A stretch of 64,000 nt of DNA from Armatimonadota bacterium. Lineage in GTDB: Bacteria > Armatimonadota > Fimbriimonadia > Fimbriimonadales > GBS-DC. Where the stretch lies: contig JBBIJY010000008.1 of the NCBI GenBank assembly GCA_037445735.1, positions 1 to 64,000 of the forward strand, given 5' to 3'. Shown here one piece after another: positions 21,384 to 29,911 of the stretch. How positions within the stretch are numbered: the first letter of the stretch is position 1; each line of letters opens with the position of its first letter. Under the pieces are notes generated by a model. The model was not told the origin of the DNA. It worked only from the letters and a program-made list of their open reading frames with translations, and ran no database searches. The translations under genes were made by a program, and so were the position numbers.

Positions 21384-24300
21384 ATGGCACGGACGCTGAC
21401 ACGAATCCGAATCCACGGCTTCAAGACCTTCGCCCAGCGCGTGGAGATCGAACTCAACCACGATCTCGTCGCGGTGGTCGGTCCGAACGGATGCGGCAAG
21501 AGCAACCTCGTCGATGCGATTGTGTGGGCGCTGGGCGAGGTCAGCGTGCGCTCGCTGCGAGCCGCCACGCCGACCGAAGTGCTGTTCAGCGGCTCCAGCA
21601 CCGAGAAGCCGCTCGGCATGGCGGAGGTCACCCTTTGGTTCAATAACGAGTCGCGCTGGCTGCCGCTCGATGTGGATGAGGTTCAGATCACGCGCCGCCT
21701 GTATCGTTCGGGTGAGTGGGAGTGCTGGATCAATCGCACGCCTGCCCGCCTGCGCGAGGTGGCGGAGCTGTTCGCCAACACGGGGCTGGGGCGCGGCGGC
21801 TACGCGATTGTCGGGCAGGGCGAGATCGAAGCCTTCCTGACCGCCGAACCCGACGAGCGGCGCCGCTGGCTCGAAGAGCTGGCGGGCATCGCCTTCTACC
21901 GCCACCGCCGACGCGACACCGTGCGCGACCTCGAATCGACCCGAATCCATCTGCAGCGCGTGGAGGATGTGCTGCGCGAGCTGGAGCGCCAGCGCGAACC
22001 CCTGCGCGAGCAGGCGGAGCGCGCCCTGCTCTACCGCCAGCTGCAACAGCAACTGCGCCAGATGGAGCGCCAGCTGCTCCAGCAGGAACTCGCCCAGCTC
22101 CACCAGCAACTGAGCCAGACGCTCGGCGAACGCCAGCAACTGCGCACGGCGATGGAGCAGGTTCAGCAGGAACTGACCCTCTGCGAGAATCAGGCAGAAG
22201 CGGAAGGTCAGATTGTCGCCCGCCTCGAAGCCGAGATGGAAACCCTGCGGATGCTGCTGCAGAACCAGCTGAGCGCGGAAGAGCGACTGCAGGGCGATTT
22301 GAAAGCCATGCATGAGCGCGAGCGTACCCTGCAGGAGCTGAGGCAGACCCTTGAGGAGGAGACCGCCACACTCCGCGAGCAGGAGAGCCGTCAGGAGCGT
22401 ACCATCCACCTGCTGCAGGCGCGCCTGCAGACTGCCCGCGCCGCGCTCCAGCAGCACCTGCCCCGCCTGCAACAGGCGCGCGCCAGAGTGGACGAGCTGG
22501 AGCAGGTTCGCAGGGATTTCGAGAGCCGCTATCAGCAGGCGTTGCAGGCGCAAGCGCAACGGGAGCAGCGCCGCCGTGAACAGCTCGCTCTGCAGGCGCG
22601 CTTGCAGGAGATCGAGAACGCCGAACCCGCGGCGCAGGCGAGCCTGCAGCGGGCGATCCATGCTTTTGAAACCGCCCTCGCGCACGAGCACGCGCTCCGC
22701 CAGCAACTGAGCGAGGCAGAAGCCGACCATTCGGAGGCGAACCGTCAGCTGGAGATGCGCCAGGCGCAACGGAACGCTCTGAACGCCCGCATCAGCCAGC
22801 TTCAGGCACGGATACAGGCGCTCACGGCGAGCCTGCAGGCAGGTGAGGGCGCGTCGCCCGCCGTGCGCCGCCTGCTCCAGGCGTTGCAACGGGGCGAACT
22901 GCAGGGTGAGTATTATCCCGTCGGCAGCATCCTGACCGTGCCACCTGAGCTCCAGCATGCCGTTGAAGCCGCGCTGGGCGCCAGTGTGAACGATATTATC
23001 ACGCCCACCGAAGCCGAAGCCCGCGCCGCCATCGACTGGCTCAACCGCACCCAGTCGGGTCGGCTCACCTTCCTGCCCCTGAACATTCTGCGCGAGGGGG
23101 ATAGCCCCTCACCCCAGAGGGGAGAGGGGGTTCATTCAGCCCTCTCCCCCAGCGGGGGAGAGGGTACGGGTGAGGGGGCATTTTGCCCCGCGCCTGCGAA
23201 TAGCCCCTCACCCCAACCCTCTCCCCAGAGGGGAGAGGGAGAAACTAATCCCCTCTCCCACAGCGTGGGAGAGGGGGCAGGGGGTGAGGGGGCTTTCCTG
23301 GGCAGGATGCCCAAGCTACGCGAAGAGGGTACGGGTAAGGGGGATGGCGTTCTCGGCTGGGCAGCCGAGATGGTGGCGTATGAGCCGCGCTTCGAACGCG
23401 CCGTGCAGCACCTGCTGCGCCGCACGCTGATTGTGGACACGCTGGAGAACGCCATCCGTCTCCTGCAAGCCCTGCGTCGCGCCCAGCCAGGCGGGCGAAT
23501 CCCGCGTATGGTGACGCTCAGCGGCGAGCTGGTTCAGCCCAGCGGGGTGCTAACAGGCGGCAGATACGGCAGCGAACGCGCCAGCATGCTCGCGCTCAAA
23601 CGCCAGCTGGACGACGCCCGAACCGCCCTGCACGACGCCCAGCACGAATATGCCCGTCAGGAAGCCGAGCTGGACACCCTGCGCCAGCAGCACGCCGAAT
23701 CCCAGCAGCGCGTGGAGAGCCTGCGTCAGGCGTTGCATGATTCCATCCAGCGACGGCTCGCCGCCGAAGCCGAGCGCGCCCGTGCCGAACACGCGCTCGA
23801 CCAGTTGCACAGGGAGCGCGACCGCATCCAGGCGCTACTCCAGCAGATTGAGACAGAGCTTGCCGCTCAGCCGATGCCCGATTTAGCCGCCCTGCAGACC
23901 GAGCGTGACACCATCCAGCAGGCGCACGCCACTGCCCTGCAAGCCCTTACCAGCCTGCAAGCCGAACACGAGGCGCTCCAGCGCGAAGCGGAAGAGACCG
24001 CCGCCCGCCTGCAAAGCGAATCGCAGCAGCTGGAACAGCTTCGGCAACGCCTGCAGAGCCGCGCGGCACGCCTGCAAGCCGTCCAGCAGGAGCAGACGCA
24101 GATTCAGGCGAACCGCGAGCGACTCCAGCATGATAGCGAGACCCTGCTCCAGCAAATCGAAGCCACCCAGGCGCAGCTGGAGGCGCGTCGCGCGGAACGC
24201 CAGCAGCATCTGGAGAACAGCCTGCAGTTCAGTGCGCAGGCGCGTGAGCATCGGCAGACTCTTCAGCATCTGCAGGAGCGCGACCGCGCCCTCGAGCTGC

Positions 24301-25325
24301 GTGCCGCCCGCCTCGAAGTGCGCATCGCCGAGCTTAACGAGCAGTGGCAACGCCTGTTTGGAGACCCCTCACCCCAACCCTCACCCCAGAGGGGAGAGGG
24401 GGTTCATTCAGCCCTCTCCCCCAGCGGGGGAGAGGGTACGGGTGAGGGGGCATTTTGCCCCGCGCCTGCGAATAGCCCCTCACCCCAACCCTCTCCCCAG
24501 AGGGGAGAGGGAGAAACTAATCCCCTCTCCCACAGCGTGGGAGAGGGGGCAGGGGGTGAGGGCATGCCCGTCACCCGCGCCGCGGTCGAGAAACTGCGCC
24601 AAATGGTGCAGGCGATGGGCGAGGTGAACCTCGGTGCCGCCGATGAGTACGCCCGCCTGACCGAACGCATCACCACGCTCACCCGGCAGCGCGACGACCT
24701 CCTCCAGACCTGCGAGCAACTCGAACACACCCTGCGCGACATCGACCGCCACGCACGCCAGCGGTTCGAAGAAACTTTTGAGGCGGCGCGCGTCGCCTTC
24801 CGCCAGCGGTTCCAGCAGCTGTTTGAAGGCGGGCATGCCGACCTGATCCTGACCGATGTGCGCGACCCGCTGAGCGCAGGCGTGCTGATTGAAGCCCAGC
24901 CGCCGGGCAAGCGACGCCAGCGACTGGAACTGCTCTCTGGCGGCGAGCGCGCACTGACCGCCACCGCCCTGCTGTTCGCCTTCATGGATGTCAAGCCCAG
25001 CCCGCTCTGCGTGCTGGACGAGGTGGACGCCGCCCTCGATGGGCGCAATGTGCAGCGGTTCGCCGAGCATCTCCAGCAGATGGCGCAAAGCACGCAGGTG
25101 CTGATCGTGACTCACAACCCCATCACGACCGCCGTCGCCCAGCAGTGGATTGGAATCGCGCTGACGGGCGGTGTGTCGCGCGTGGTGCCCTATGTGCCCC
25201 GACTGTCCGATTCGGAGACTGACGGGCTCGACCGTCGGCGGGCGGTCATCCAGCTCCAGAGCCAGCCGACGCCAGAGCCGACGACTGCGCCGATCAGCCA
25301 GCCGCCCAGCACATCGGAGGGGTAA
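21384..25325 (+). CDS. smc: Chromosome segregation protein SMC with two in-frame palindromic-repeat insertions
   Basis: GFKTFA, Walker A GPNGCGKSN, Q-loop GQG, hinge GRLTFLPL, GEVNLGAADEY, LSGGE, LDEVDAALD, IVTHN; long coiled coils; start set at ATG 21384. Confidence 0.95.
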   Translation: MARTLTRIRIHGFKTFAQRVEIELNHDLVAVVGPNGCGKSNLVDAIVWALGEVSVRSLRAATPTEVLFSGSSTEKPLGMAEVTLWFNNESRWLPLDVDEVQITRRLYRSGEWECWINRTPARLREVAELFANTGLGRGGYAIVGQGEIEAFLTAEPDERRRWLEELAGIAFYRHRRRDTVRDLESTRIHLQRVEDVLRELERQREPLREQAERALLYRQLQQQLRQMERQLLQQELAQLHQQLSQTLGERQQLRTAMEQVQQELTLCENQAEAEGQIVARLEAEMETLRMLLQNQLSAEERLQGDLKAMHERERTLQELRQTLEEETATLREQESRQERTIHLLQARLQTARAALQQHLPRLQQARARVDELEQVRRDFESRYQQALQAQAQREQRRREQLALQARLQEIENAEPAAQASLQRAIHAFETALAHEHALRQQLSEAEADHSEANRQLEMRQAQRNALNARISQLQARIQALTASLQAGEGASPAVRRLLQALQRGELQGEYYPVGSILTVPPELQHAVEAALGASVNDIITPTEAEARAAIDWLNRTQSGRLTFLPLNILREGDSPSPQRGEGVHSALSPSGGEGTGEGAFCPAPANSPSPQPSPQRGEGETNPLSHSVGEGAGGEGAFLGRMPKLREEGTGKGDGVLGWAAEMVAYEPRFERAVQHLLRRTLIVDTLENAIRLLQALRRAQPGGRIPRMVTLSGELVQPSGVLTGGRYGSERASMLALKRQLDDARTALHDAQHEYARQEAELDTLRQQHAESQQRVESLRQALHDSIQRRLAAEAERARAEHALDQLHRERDRIQALLQQIETELAAQPMPDLAALQTERDTIQQAHATALQALTSLQAEHEALQREAEETAARLQSESQQLEQLRQRLQSRAARLQAVQQEQTQIQANRERLQHDSETLLQQIEATQAQLEARRAERQQHLENSLQFSAQAREHRQTLQHLQERDRALELRAARLEVRIAELNEQWQRLFGDPSPQPSPQRGEGVHSALSPSGGEGTGEGAFCPAPANSPSPQPSPQRGEGETNPLSHSVGEGAGGEGMPVTRAAVEKLRQMVQAMGEVNLGAADEYARLTERITTLTRQRDDLLQTCEQLEHTLRDIDRHARQRFEETFEAARVAFRQRFQQLFEGGHADLILTDVRDPLSAGVLIEAQPPGKRRQRLELLSGGERALTATALLFAFMDVKPSPLCVLDEVDAALDGRNVQRFAEHLQQMAQSTQVLIVTHNPITTAVAQQWIGIALTGGVSRVVPYVPRLSDSETDGLDRRRAVIQLQSQPTPEPTTAPISQPPSTSEG
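23105..23344. repeat. In-frame CCCTC palindromic array in smc hinge, with nested GTAG-type REP at 23299-23319
   Basis: Encodes PSPQRGEG...SGGEGTGEG...PSPQPSPQRGEG...GEGAGGEG between TFLPL and GVLGWA. Confidence 0.92.
24365..24562. repeat. Second in-frame CCCTC palindromic array in smc
   Basis: 24378-24562 is identical to 23106-23290 (185 bp, offset 1272 = 424 codons). Confidence 0.92.
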
Positions 25326-25774
25326 TGCACGCCCACATACACGCGCGATAGCCCCACCAGCAGGGGCAGCCACAGCAAGCATATCGCCACGCGCCAGCCG
25401 CCAATCGTGCCTGCCAGCCCCACCAGCGTCGCCATGTTCGTCGCGTGCGCCGATGGAAACGAAGGCGAGGCGAGCCGACCCGTGAGCGGCTCAATCGGCA
25501 ACATGATGCAGGGACGCTCGCGACCCACCCAATCCTTCAACCAATCGCACAGCTCGTTGGACACAATCAGAGCGGGAATCAGCAACAGCGCAAACAGACG
25601 CCATCTGCCACCCCGCCAGACGAGCCACAACCACAATAACAACGCCCCGATTCGTACCGTCCACCATTTGTTGCCCTCCGAAAGCAACAGCATCAGGGGC
25701 GTGAGCCAGTTCGAGCGCAACCCCTCAAATATCCAGTAGAAAACCTGCGTGTCCCACTGCTGGAGCGTATCCAT
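25190..25774 (-). CDS. PAP2-family membrane phosphatase (undecaprenyl-PP phosphatase-like)
   Basis: KxxxxRxRP (KDWVGRERP), SFPSAH, SRVYVGVHYPSDV motifs; hydrophobic. Confidence 0.9.
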   Translation of the reverse strand: MDTLQQWDTQVFYWIFEGLRSNWLTPLMLLLSEGNKWWTVRIGALLLWLWLVWRGGRWRLFALLLIPALIVSNELCDWLKDWVGRERPCIMLPIEPLTGRLASPSFPSAHATNMATLVGLAGTIGGWRVAICLLWLPLLVGLSRVYVGVHYPSDVLGGWLIGAVVGSGVGWLWSWMTARRRSSPSVSESDSRGT

Positions 25775-25849
25775 CTGCCAGAGATGATTCAGCGTTCTAA
25801 CGGCAACCCCCTGCTATTGGGAGCGGGTATAATCGGGCTGGTGAGCAGA

Positions 25850-26629
25850 ATGGCGACGCTTTCTGCCGGAACCAGACCGAAGAAGCGCAGGCGCACTCCC
25901 GCCGTGCCCGTGCCGCGCCTGCCCCGTATCAAACTCATCGATAGCGACGGTGAACCGTTGGAAAGCGAGTGGCATGTCTATCAGATGTGGCTGCTGCTGG
26001 AGCTGACGCGCCAGCACTGGAAGGGGCGCACCGACTTCTTCTGCGCCGCCAATATGTTCGTCTACTACAGCCTCAAGCAAGCGCGCGCCATCAAAAAGGG
26101 CAGCCGTGTCGCCTTCCGCGGTCCCGACTTCTTCATCGTGAAGGGCGTGGATGGGCAGAGGCTGCGCAAATACTGGGCGGTATGGGAAGAGGACGGCAAG
26201 ATGCCGAACCTCGTGATTGAACTCCTCTCGCCCACCACAGCCGCCTACGATAAGACCGAGAAGAAGGAGTTCTACGCGACTGTGTTCCACACCTACGAAT
26301 ACTTCTGGTTCGATGGCGAGCGCGACTTCGCAGGTTTTCGACTGATGGGTGAGGAGTATGTGCCGATAGAGCCAAACGAGCGCGGCTGGCTGTGGAGCGA
26401 GGTGCTGGGCGCATGGCTGGGCATCTGGGAAGGGGTCTATCTGGGGCGGCGCTACCGCTGGCTGCGCCTCTTTCGCGAAAACGGCGAGATGGTGCCCACC
26501 CACGCCGAACTGATGCAACAGTACCAGCAGCAAGCCGAAGCGGAGCGCGCCAGAGCCGAAGCCGAACGCCAGCGGGCGGAACGGCTGGCACAACGCCTGC
26601 GCGAGCTGGGCGTTAAACCCGATGAATGA
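25850..26629 (+). CDS. Uma2-family (DUF820) putative endonuclease
   Basis: DSDGEPLESEWH, GPDFFIV, PNLVIELLSPTT, EYFWFD, C-terminal RAERLAQRLRELG coil; GGTATAAT upstream. Confidence 0.85.
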   Translation: MATLSAGTRPKKRRRTPAVPVPRLPRIKLIDSDGEPLESEWHVYQMWLLLELTRQHWKGRTDFFCAANMFVYYSLKQARAIKKGSRVAFRGPDFFIVKGVDGQRLRKYWAVWEEDGKMPNLVIELLSPTTAAYDKTEKKEFYATVFHTYEYFWFDGERDFAGFRLMGEEYVPIEPNERGWLWSEVLGAWLGIWEGVYLGRRYRWLRLFRENGEMVPTHAELMQQYQQQAEAERARAEAERQRAERLAQRLRELGVKPDE

Positions 26630-26642
26630 GGTGTGAATCGTC

Positions 26643-27404
26643 ATGATTATGCGTATCGCGCTGGGGATTGCAGGATCTGGCATGCTGGTGCTGACGGCGC
26701 TCGCCTTCTTCTGGGTGCCACCTGCGCAAAACTTTCAGGACCCTGGCTCGGCGCGGATTGTTCTGTTCCATGTGCCTGCGGCAATCATCTGCGTGCTGTG
26801 CTTTCTGATGGGCGGATTCTTTGGCTGGCGATATTTGCGACGGCGCGACATGCTGGACGACGCGCGGGCGAACGCCGCGAATGAGGTCGGGATGCTGTTC
26901 GGCATTCTCACCACGCTCACGGGCATGGTGTTCGCCAGCCAGCAGTGGGGCAAGCCGTGGCACTGGGACCCGCGCCAGACCACGATCTTGATTCAGCTGC
27001 TGATTTATGCGGCGTATTTTGCGCTGCGGGCGGCGGTGGAGGACGACCGCCAGCGGGCGTCGTTGAGCGCAGGCTACACGGTGTTCGCCGCGCTGACCGT
27101 GCCGTTCCTGATCTTCGTGTTGCCGCGCTTGCCCGCAATCGCCGAGCGCTCGCTCCATCCGAGCAATGTGCTGGCGCAGAAGGGGGGACTCGACTGGTTC
27201 TACCGCAGTGGCATCTATCTGGGCTTTTTGACTTACGGCGCGCTCGCCGTTGCGCTCTATCGGCTGCGCGTGCAGCTAACCCGACTGGAGGAACAGGCGC
27301 ATGAGCTGGCAGATCGCCTTAAGCGTGAGCATCGCCATCGTGTGGGCTGGCATCTTCGCGTACCTGCTGTGGCTCCACGCGCGGATGGCGAGGCTTCAGA
27401 ATGA
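26643..27404 (+). CDS. ccmC: Cytochrome c biogenesis heme exporter CcmC/CcsA family
   Basis: IVLFHVPAA, WWD-domain-like WGKPWHWDPRQT, SLHP; multi-TM. Confidence 0.82.
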   Translation: MIMRIALGIAGSGMLVLTALAFFWVPPAQNFQDPGSARIVLFHVPAAIICVLCFLMGGFFGWRYLRRRDMLDDARANAANEVGMLFGILTTLTGMVFASQQWGKPWHWDPRQTTILIQLLIYAAYFALRAAVEDDRQRASLSAGYTVFAALTVPFLIFVLPRLPAIAERSLHPSNVLAQKGGLDWFYRSGIYLGFLTYGALAVALYRLRVQLTRLEEQAHELADRLKREHRHRVGWHLRVPAVAPRADGEASE

Positions 27405-27456
27405 ACTGGATCGTTTGACCCCGCCCCGTGAAGAGCCATCGTCAAGCGCGGATTAG
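27301..27456 (+). CDS. CcmD-like small membrane protein (not in ORF track), overlapping ccmC 3' end
   Basis: Manual translation MSWQIALSVSIAIVWAGIFAYLLWLHARMARLQNELDRLTPPREEPSSSAD*: one TM helix plus charged tail; GGAGG upstream. Confidence 0.68.
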   Translation: MSWQIALSVSIAIVWAGIFAYLLWLHARMARLQNELDRLTPPREEPSSSAD

Positions 27457-29911
27457 CGGACTGCTGATCGGGCTGTTCTGGCTGCTGCTGCACGGTCGCC
27501 TGCTGGCGGGCGAGCTGTTCTGGGGCGACGCGGGCATCTACTTCTACCCGATGTGGGAGTTTGTGCGCCGCTGCCTGCTGAAGGGCGAGCTGCCCTTTTG
27601 GAACCCCTTCATTAATGGCGGTCAGCCGCTGATTGGCAACCCGCAGATGGGCGTGTTCTATCCCACCACGCCCCTTCTCTACTGGCTCCCTACCGAGCGA
27701 TGGCTGAGCCTCGTCACCGCGTTGCACCTGCTCTGGAGCGGTGTGGGGATGGCGTTCTGGCTGCGGGCGCTGGGTTGTGGTGAGCTGGCGCGGGCGTGGG
27801 GCGCATGCGTCTGGATGGGCTGTACGGCAGTGGTTGCACGGGCGCAGTTCCCCCCGTTTCTGATGACGATTGCCTGGTATCCATGGGTGCTGTGGGCAGT
27901 GGAGCGCGTGTGGCAGCAGCCTGGCATGCGTTCGATGCTCTGGCTGGCGCTGGTGGGTGCGCTCTGTCTGATGGCGGGGCATCCGCAGGGCGCGTACCTG
28001 ATTGCGCTTGGCGCTCTGCTCTACATCGGCGTGCGCTGGTGGGCAGATGGGAGTTCCGCGCGTCAGGAGAAACGGCGCACGCTGGGCTGGCTGCTGGGTG
28101 CGGGATTGCTAACGCTGGGGTTGAGCGCGCTCGACTGGTTGCCCGCCAGCGCGGTCGGCGCACTCTCCAACTATCATCAGATGTCGCTCGGCGAGGCGCA
28201 GCGGTTCCGATGGTACTTCGCCAATCTCGGCACGCTGCTCTATCCCTTCCTGTGGGGCAACCCGATGGGCTTGTATGTGGCGAAGGGCAACTACTGGGAG
28301 TCGGCGGCGTTTATCGGCACAGTGCCGTTGCTGCTGGTGCCCTTCGCGCTGGGGCGCGGGCGGCAGGTTCGGCTGGGCTGGGGGCTGGGGCTGATCGCGC
28401 TGCTGATGGTCTGGCTTGCGCTGGGCACAGACGGTGGGCTTTACACGGTGGCGTTTCACTACCTGCCAGGCATGCGCATGTTTCACGATCCGGCTCGCTG
28501 GCTGCTGATTGCCTGCCTGATGCTGACGGCGCTGAGCGCGCTGGGCTATGAGCGGGTGATGCCCTCACCCCCTTCCCCTTCTCCCGACGCTGCGGGCGAG
28601 GGGGCTAACCAGTCCCTCGCCCCCAGCGGGGGAGAGGGCACGGGTGAGGGGGCGTCTCACCTCGCGCCTGCAACCAGCCCCTCACCCCAACCCTCTCCCC
28701 AGAGGGGAGAGGGAGTTTCCAAAACCCTCGCCCCCAGCGGGGGAGAGGGTACGGGTGAGGGGGTATCGCCGAGCCTCTGGCTGGGGTTGCTGATTGCTGG
28801 CGTGGGGCTGTGCCTGCTGATGGCGATGGTGCCCCACACGCGCACAGGTACTGCATGGCAGCGGGCGTTTCTGACCCCGCGCGCGGCGGAAGATTATCCC
28901 CAGCCGTCGGCGGAGCAGATGCTGGAGGTGGCGCGGCGCGGCTGGCAGCAGGGCGCGCTCTGGCTCGGTGCATCGCTGGGACTGCTCGCGCTCGCCTGGC
29001 GGCTGCCACGCTCGCGTGCCCTGCTGCTGTGGCTCGGCTTCGCGCCCCTGCAACTCTATGCAGTCTACTGCTCGCTGCCCGTTGCGCCTGCAGGCAGCTG
29101 GGCGAAGGCGAAGCGCATGTTGCACGCCCCTGGTGAACGCTGGTGGTATCCGCAAACCTATGACGGCTGGCGACGCCATATCTCCTATCTCACCTATGCG
29201 AACACGAGCCCGGCGCAGATGGTGGGGGCATGCATTCCGAATCTGCCCATGCTGTTGCCTGCCAGCGTGTGGGGCGCGTATGAGCCGCTTGCGCCCCAGC
29301 GCGTGAGCCGAATCGAGCGACGCCTGCAGATCGCTGCCTCTATTGCGACAGAGACTGGCTCGCCATCGGTGCGCGCTCACCTTGAACGCTGGCTTCAGGC
29401 GCTGGGCATCGGCTGGAGAGCGCGCCTGCAAAGCGCTCAGGCGCGGTTTGAGCGGTTAAAGCCCCCGTGTGCGCCTGTGCAGGTGGTGTCGCAGGCGGTG
29501 CCCGTGAGCGATTTTGAGCAGGCGTTGCGCCAGTTTCGGCTGGAGCGGGGCGATGTGTGTCAGCGCGTGCGCGTGGAAGGGTTGAACCGCGTGGTGCAGT
29601 CAGCGGGCGGGCGAATCGAGCGCATCGAGCGGCGCAACGACAGATTGCATATTCGCGTGTCGTGCGCAAGCGAATCGGTGCTGGTGGTGCGCGAGACGCT
29701 ATTGCCTGGATGGCGGGCGTGGATCGATGGGCGACCTGCGCCGCTGCGCTATGCGGAGGGCATCCTGCGGGCGATAGTTGTGCCCGCTGGCACGCACGAG
29801 GTGCAGATGCGCTATCGCCCGCCTTACTGGGAGGCAGGGTTGACGCTCTCGCTCATCAGCGCGCTTTGCTGGCTTGGGGCAGGGTTCAGCCTTCGAACGC
29901 GCCGAAGATGA
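27428..29911 (+). CDS. YfhO-like GT-C-type integral membrane protein with in-frame repeat insertion
   Basis: D...YFYP, GELPFWNPF..GG.P..GNPQ.GVFYP, AGHPQ, F..PARW, C-terminal PGWRAWIDG...VPAGTHEV.MRYRP. Confidence 0.75.
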   Translation: MKSHRQARISGLLIGLFWLLLHGRLLAGELFWGDAGIYFYPMWEFVRRCLLKGELPFWNPFINGGQPLIGNPQMGVFYPTTPLLYWLPTERWLSLVTALHLLWSGVGMAFWLRALGCGELARAWGACVWMGCTAVVARAQFPPFLMTIAWYPWVLWAVERVWQQPGMRSMLWLALVGALCLMAGHPQGAYLIALGALLYIGVRWWADGSSARQEKRRTLGWLLGAGLLTLGLSALDWLPASAVGALSNYHQMSLGEAQRFRWYFANLGTLLYPFLWGNPMGLYVAKGNYWESAAFIGTVPLLLVPFALGRGRQVRLGWGLGLIALLMVWLALGTDGGLYTVAFHYLPGMRMFHDPARWLLIACLMLTALSALGYERVMPSPPSPSPDAAGEGANQSLAPSGGEGTGEGASHLAPATSPSPQPSPQRGEGVSKTLAPSGGEGTGEGVSPSLWLGLLIAGVGLCLLMAMVPHTRTGTAWQRAFLTPRAAEDYPQPSAEQMLEVARRGWQQGALWLGASLGLLALAWRLPRSRALLLWLGFAPLQLYAVYCSLPVAPAGSWAKAKRMLHAPGERWWYPQTYDGWRRHISYLTYANTSPAQMVGACIPNLPMLLPASVWGAYEPLAPQRVSRIERRLQIAASIATETGSPSVRAHLERWLQALGIGWRARLQSAQARFERLKPPCAPVQVVSQAVPVSDFEQALRQFRLERGDVCQRVRVEGLNRVVQSAGGRIERIERRNDRLHIRVSCASESVLVVRETLLPGWRAWIDGRPAPLRYAEGILRAIVVPAGTHEVQMRYRPPYWEAGLTLSLISALCWLGAGFSLRTRRR
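28562..28763. repeat. In-frame CCCTC palindromic array inside YfhO-like gene
   Basis: Encodes PSPPSPSP..GEG..SGGEGTGEG..PSPQPSPQRGEG..SGGEGTGEG between two hydrophobic segments. Confidence 0.9.

Noticed and set aside
23105-23344. smc insertions as inteins or introns
   Set aside because: No N-terminal Cys/Ser or C-terminal His-Asn intein motifs, too short, and clearly made of the palindromic repeat.
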